From positions 131,502,001 through 131,566,000 of the forward strand of contig OZ024743.1 in assembly GCA_964016885.1 (NCBI GenBank): 64,000 nucleotides of DNA, in the 5' to 3' direction. The notes below the pieces were generated by a model that saw nothing but the letters and a program-made list of their open reading frames with translations, was not told the DNA's origin and made no database searches. This DNA is from Eledone cirrhosa (lineage: Eukaryota). How positions within the stretch are numbered: the first letter of the stretch is position 1; every line of letters begins with the position of its first letter. Position numbers and translations under genes: made by a program. Of this stretch, positions 58,401 through 64,000 are shown in pieces.

Positions 58401-61400
58401 CACCAAGCACCAAGCACCAAGCACCAAGCACCAAACACCAAGCACCAAGCACCAAGCACCAAGCACCAAGCACCAAACACCAAGCACCAAGCACCAAACA
58501 GCAAACACCAAGCACCAAACACCAAACACCAAGCACCAAGCACCAAACACCAAACACCAAACACCAAGCACCAAGCCCCAAGCACCAAACACCAAGCACC
58601 AAGCACCAAACACCAAGCACGAAGCACCAAGCACCATGCACCAAACACCAAGCACCAAGCACCAAACAGCAAACACCAAACAGCAAACACCAAACACCAA
58701 ACACCAACCAGCAAACACCAAACACCAAACACCAAACAGCAAACACCAAACAGCAAACACCAAACAGCAAACACCAAACACCAAACACCAAACAGCAAAC
58801 GCCAATAAGCAAACGCCAAACCCCATACGCCAAACAGCAAATGCCAAACCCCAAACGCCAAACAGCAAACGCCAGGCACCGAACACCAAACACCAAGCGC
58901 CAAGCACCAAACACCAAACACCCAGCACCAAGCACCAAACACCAAGCACCAAGCACCAAGCACCAAACACCAAGCACCAAGTACCAAACACCAAACACCA
59001 AGCACCAAGTACCAAACACCAAACACCAAGCACCAAGCACCAAACACCAAACACCAAGCACCAAGCACCAAACACCAAACACCAGGCTCCAAGCACAAAA
59101 CACCAAGCACCAAGCACCAAGCAACAAACACCAAACACCAAGCACCAAACACCAAGCACCAAGCCCCAAGCACCAAACACCAAGCACCAAGCACCAAACA
59201 CCAAGCACCAAGCACCAAGCACCATGCACGAAACACCAAGCACCAAGCACCAAACAGCAAACACCAAACAGCAAACACCAAACAGCAAACACCAAACAGC
59301 AAACACCAAACACCAAGCACCAAGCACCAAACACCATACGCCAAACACCAAACACCAAGCACCAAGCACCAAACACCAAGCACCAAGCACCAAAGACCAA
59401 ACACCAAGCACTAAGCACGAAACACCAAGCACCAAGCACCGAGCACCAAACACCAAACACCAAACACCAAGCACCAAGCACCAAACACCAAACACCAAGA
59501 ACCAAGCACCAAACACCAAATACCAAGCACCAAGCACTAAACACCAAACACCAAGCACCAAACACCAAGCACCAAGCACCAAGCACCAAGCACCAAACAC
59601 AAAACACCAAGTACCAAGCACCAAGCACCAAACACCAAACACCAAACACCAAGCACCAAGCACCAAACACCAAACACCAAGCACCAAGCACCAGAGACCA
59701 AGCACCAAGCACCAAGGACCAAACACCAAACACCAAACACCAGGCACAAAGCACCAAACACCAAGCACCAAGCACCAAACACCAAAGACCAAGCACAAAG
59801 CACCAAAGAGCAAAAACAAAGCACCAAGCACCAAACACCAAACACCAAACACCAAACAGCAAACACCAAACACCAAATAGCAAACACCAAAGGGCAAACT
59901 CCAAACACCAAACAGCAAACACAAAACACCAAACAGCAAACAACGAACAGCAAACAGCAAACAGCAAACAGCAAACACCAAACACCAAGCACCAAGCACC
60001 AAGCACCAAACACCAACACCAAGCACCAAGCACCAAACACCAAGCACAAAACACCAAGCACCAAGCACCAAACACCAAACATCAAACAGCAATCACCAAA
60101 CATCAAACAGCAAACAACAAACACCAAACACCAAACATCAAACACCAAACAGCAAACAACAAACAACAAACGCTAAACATCAAACGCCAAACACCAAACG
60201 CCAAATAGCAAACACCAAACCGCAAACACCAAACACCAAACAGCAAACACCAAACACCAAACAGCGAACTCCAAACAGCAAACACCAAACAGCAAACAGC
60301 AAACAGCAAACACCAAACACCAAACACCAAGCACCAAACTCCAAACACCAAGCACCAAGCACCAAGCACAAAACACCAAGCACCAAGCGCTAAACATAAA
60401 ACACTAAGCACCAAGCACCAAGCACCAAGCACCAAACACCAAACATCAAACACCAATCACCAAACATCAAACAGCAAACACCAAACACCAAACACCAAAC
60501 ATCAAACACCAAATAGCAAACAACAAACAACAAACGCCAAACATCAAACGCCAAACACAAACACCAAATAGCAAACACCAAACCGCAAACACCAAACACC
60601 AAACAGCAAACACCAAACACCAAACAGCGAACACCAAACAGCAAACACCAAACAGCAAACACCAAACACCAAGCACCAAACACCAAACACCAAGCACGAA
60701 GCACCAAGCACAAAACACCAAGCACCAAGCACCAAACACCAAGCACCAAACACCAAACACCAAGCACCAAGCGCCAAACACCAAGCACCAAGCACCAAGC
60801 ACGAAACACCAAGCACCAATCACCAAACACCAAACACCAAGCACCAAACACCAAACAGCAAACACCAAACACCAAACAGTAAAAACCAAACACCAAACAG
60901 CAAACACCAAACACCAAACACCAAACAGCAAACACCAAACAGCAAACACCAAACAGCAAACACCAAACAAACAGCAAACAGCAAACACCAAGCAGCAAAC
61001 ACCAAACAGCAAACACCAAACACCAAACACCAAATAGCAAACACCAAACAGCAAACACCAAACAGCAAACACCAAACAGCAAACACCAGACAGCAAACAG
61101 CAAACACCAAACACCAAACACCAAGCACCAAGCACCAATCAGCAAGCACCAAGCACTAAACACCAAACACCAAGCACCAAGCACCAAGCACCAAACAGCA
61201 AGCACCAAGCACCATGCACCAAACGCCAAGCACCAAGCACCAGACACCAAGCACCAAGCACCAAGGACCAAACACCAAGCACCAAAGACCAAGCACCAAA
61301 TACCAAGCACCAAGCACCAAACACCAATCACCAAGCACCAAGCACCAAACACCAAGAACAAAGCACTAATCACTAAACACCAAACACCAAGCACCAAGCA

Positions 61401-64000
61401 CCAAACACCAAACACCAAGCACCAAGTACCAAACACCAAACACCAAACACCAAGCACCAAGCACCAAATCCCAAGCACCAAACACCAAGCACCAAGCACC
61501 AAACACCAAACACCAAGCACGTAGCACCAAGCATCAAATACCAAACACCAAACACCAAGCACCACACATCAAACACCAAGCACGAAGCACCAATCGCCAA
61601 GCACCAAGCACCAAGCAATAAACACAAAGCACCAAGCACCAAGCACCAAGCACCAAGCACCAAGCACCAAACACCAAGCACCAAGCACCCAACACCAAAC
61701 ACCAATCACCAAGCACCAAAGAGCAAACACGAAGCCCCAAGCACCAAACACCCAACACCAAACACCAAACATCAAACACCAATCACGAATCACAAAACAC
61801 CAAACACCAAACATCAAACACCAATCACGAATCACCAAGCACCAAACACCAAACACCAAGCACCAAGCACCAAGCACCAAACACCAAACACCAAGCACCA
61901 AGCACTAAACACCAAACACCAAGCACCAAGCACCAAGCACCAAACACCAAGCACCAAGCACCAAGCACCAAACACCAAGCACCAAGCACCAAACACCAAA
62001 CACCAAGCACCAAACACCAAGCACCAAACAGCAAGCACCAAGCACCAAGCACCAGACACCAAGCACCAAGCACCAAACACCAAACACCAAGCACCAAGCA
62101 CTAAACACCAAACACCAAGCACCAAGCACCAAGCACCAAGCACCAAGCACCAAACACCAAGCACCAAGCAGCAAGCACCAAGCACCAAGCACCAAACACC
62201 AAGCACCAAGCACCAAACAGCAAACACCAAGCACCAAACACCAAACACCAAGCACCAAGCACCAAACACCAAACACCAAACACCAAGCAGCAAGCCCCAA
62301 GCACCAAACACCAAGCACCAAGCACCAAACACCAAGCACGAAGCACCAAGCTCCATGCACCAAACACCAAGCACCAAGCACCAAACAGCAAACACCAAAC
62401 AGCAAACACCAAACACCAAACACCAACCAGCAAACACCAAACACCAAACACCAAACACCAAACACCAAACAGCAAACACCAAACAGCAAACACCAAACAC
62501 CAAAGACCAAACAGCAAATGCCAAAAAGCAAACGCCAAACCCCAAACGCCAAACAGCAAATGCCAAACCCCAAACGCCAAACAGCAAACGCCAAGCGCCA
62601 AACGCCAAACACCAAGTGTCAAGCACCAAACACCAAACACCAAGCACCAAGCACCAAGCACCAAACACCAAACACCAAGCACCAAGTACCAAACACCAAA
62701 CACCAAGCACCAAACACCAAACAGCAAACGCCAAAAAGCAAACGCCAAACCCCATACGCCAAACAGCAAATGCCAAACCCCAAACGCCAAACAGCAAACG
62801 CCAAGCACCAAACACCAAGCACCAAGCACCAAACACCAAACACCAAGCACCAATCACCAAACACCAAGCACCAAGCGCCAAGCACCAAACACCAAACACC
62901 TAGCACCAAGCACCAAGCACCAAACACCAAGTACCAAACACCAATCACCAAGCCCCAAGCACCAAACAACAAGCGCCAAGCACCAAACACCAAACACCAA
63001 GCACCAAGCACCCAGAACCAAGCACCAAGCACCAAACACCAAGCACCAAGCACCGAGCACCAAACACCAAGAACCAAGCACCAAGCTCTAAACACCAAAC
63101 ACCAAACACCAAGCACCAAACACCAAACACCAAACACCAAACACCAAACAGCAAATGCCAAAAAGCAAACGCCAAATCCCAAACGCCAAACAGTAAATGC
63201 CAAACCCCAAACGCCAAACAGCAAACGCCAAGCGCCAAACGCCAAACACCAAGCGCCAAGCACCAAACACCAAACACCAAGCACCAAGCACCAAACACCA
63301 AACACCAAGCACCAAGTACCAAACACCAAACACCAAGCACCAAACACCAAACAGCAAACGCCAAAAAGCAAACGCCAAACCCCATACGCCAAACAGCAAA
63401 TGCCAAACCCCAAACGCCAAACAGCAAACGCCAAGCACCGAACACCAAACACCAAGCGCCAAGCACCAAACACCAAACACCAAGCACCAAGCACCAAACA
63501 CCAAACCCCAAGCACCAATCACCAAACACCAAGCACCAAGCGCCAAGCACCAAACACCAAACACCTAGCACCAAGCACCAAGCACCAAACACCAAGTACC
63601 AAACACCAATCACCAAGCCCCAAGCACCAAACACCAAGCACCAAGCACCAAACACCAAACACCAAGCACCAAGCACCCAGAACCAAGCACGAAGCACCAA
63701 ACACCAAGCACCAAGCACCGAGCACCAAACACCAAGAACCAAGCACCAAGCACTAAACACCAAACACCAAGCACCAAGCACCAAACACCAAACACCAAGC
63801 ACCAAACACCAAACAGCAAACGCCAAAGAGCAAACGCCAAACCCCATATGCCAAACAGCAAATGCCAAACTCCAAACGCCAAACAGCAAACGCCAGGCAC
63901 CAAACACCAAACACCAAGCGCCAAGCACCAAACACCAATCACCAAGCCCGAAGCACCAAACACCAAGCACCAAGCACCAAACACCAAACACCAAGCACCA
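51134..64000 (+). repeat. Tandem duplication, unit ~7.8 kb (second copy starts ~58919 and runs off the window)
   Basis: Offset 7785 (CACCCAG 51134/58919; ATG 51439/59224), then 7806 (GGG 52086/59892; ORFs 52584/60390, 54712/62518, 55947/63753). Confidence 0.9.
56190..58918 (+). repeat. Diverged segment of the array, single-copy in this window
   Basis: Dense private variants: TACAAAA CTCC ~56323, CAGCAAG TATCAAG ~56652, CACAAGA ~56771, CCCAAA hexamer 57331, CACCTAT ~57687, CGCCAAT AAGC ~58800. Confidence 0.72.

Larger units (their letters stand above)
1..64000 (+). repeat. 7-bp satellite DNA array, consensus CACCAAR (minus strand YTTGGTG); extends beyond both window edges
   Basis: Every line parses into heptamers, mostly CACCAAG/CACCAAA, with CAGCAAA, CGCCAAA and single-substitution variants (CACCAAT, CACTAAA, CATCAAA, TACCAAA, CCCCAAG, CACGAAG, CTCCAAG etc.). 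No unique sequence or inversion seen. The + strand is almost entirely A and C, and T is rare. Confidence 0.99.

Noticed and set aside
55139-60208. Cluster of long overlapping ORFs on both strands
   Set aside because: Explained by local scarcity of stop-creating variant monomers; the translations are the same repeat peptides.
1-64000. CRISPR array or other repeat-spacer system
   Set aside because: No unique spacers, no constant 23-50-bp repeat separated by non-repeat DNA, no leader and no cas genes.
1-64000. Canonical telomerase-made tract (TTTAGGG, TTAGGG, TTAGG, TTGGGG)
   Set aside because: No run of a canonical motif was seen, and rare variants are copied in kilobase blocks, which telomerase synthesis would not produce.
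1-64000. Bacterial heptamer repeats (cyanobacterial STRR-type) or Drosophila virilis-group 7-bp satellites (AAACTAC family)
   Set aside because: Bacterial heptamer arrays are short and lie between genes, unlike 64 kb without genes. The virilis motifs differ from AAACACC/AAGCACC. Shared monomer length alone does not support homology.

Overview
The whole 64-kb window is one uninterrupted, single-orientation satellite array of a 7-bp monomer, roughly 9,100 units long. The dominant monomers are CACCAAG and CACCAAA (minus strand YTTGGTG), with CAGCAAA and CGCCAAA sub-domains and many rare single-substitution variants. I see no unique sequence, no credible gene, RNA gene, transposon or CRISPR array. 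All ORFs in the track are by-products of a nearly stop-free 7-mer: every + frame reads (TKHQAPS/TKHQTPN)n and every - frame reads (WCLVLGA/WCLVFGV)n. The real structure is hierarchical. Using rare variant monomers as barcodes, I resolve nested repeats at 14-42 bp, 210-665 bp, 1.2-3.3 kb and 5.5-10 kb. There are two compositional domains: the left (1-18 kb) carries A12 tracts and lacks the CGCC/TGCC module, while the right (22-64 kb) has the module and lacks A12. The 7-bp register is held almost perfectly, with only about nine distinct indel events explaining all phase shifts I tracked. The higher-order copies form a position-ordered phylogeny, and there are signs of CpG deamination. This looks like a eukaryotic centromeric, pericentromeric or subtelomeric satellite. 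I do not recognise the family, and the host and function cannot be determined from the sequence. Boundaries of higher-order units were read by eye and are approximate to a few tens of bp.
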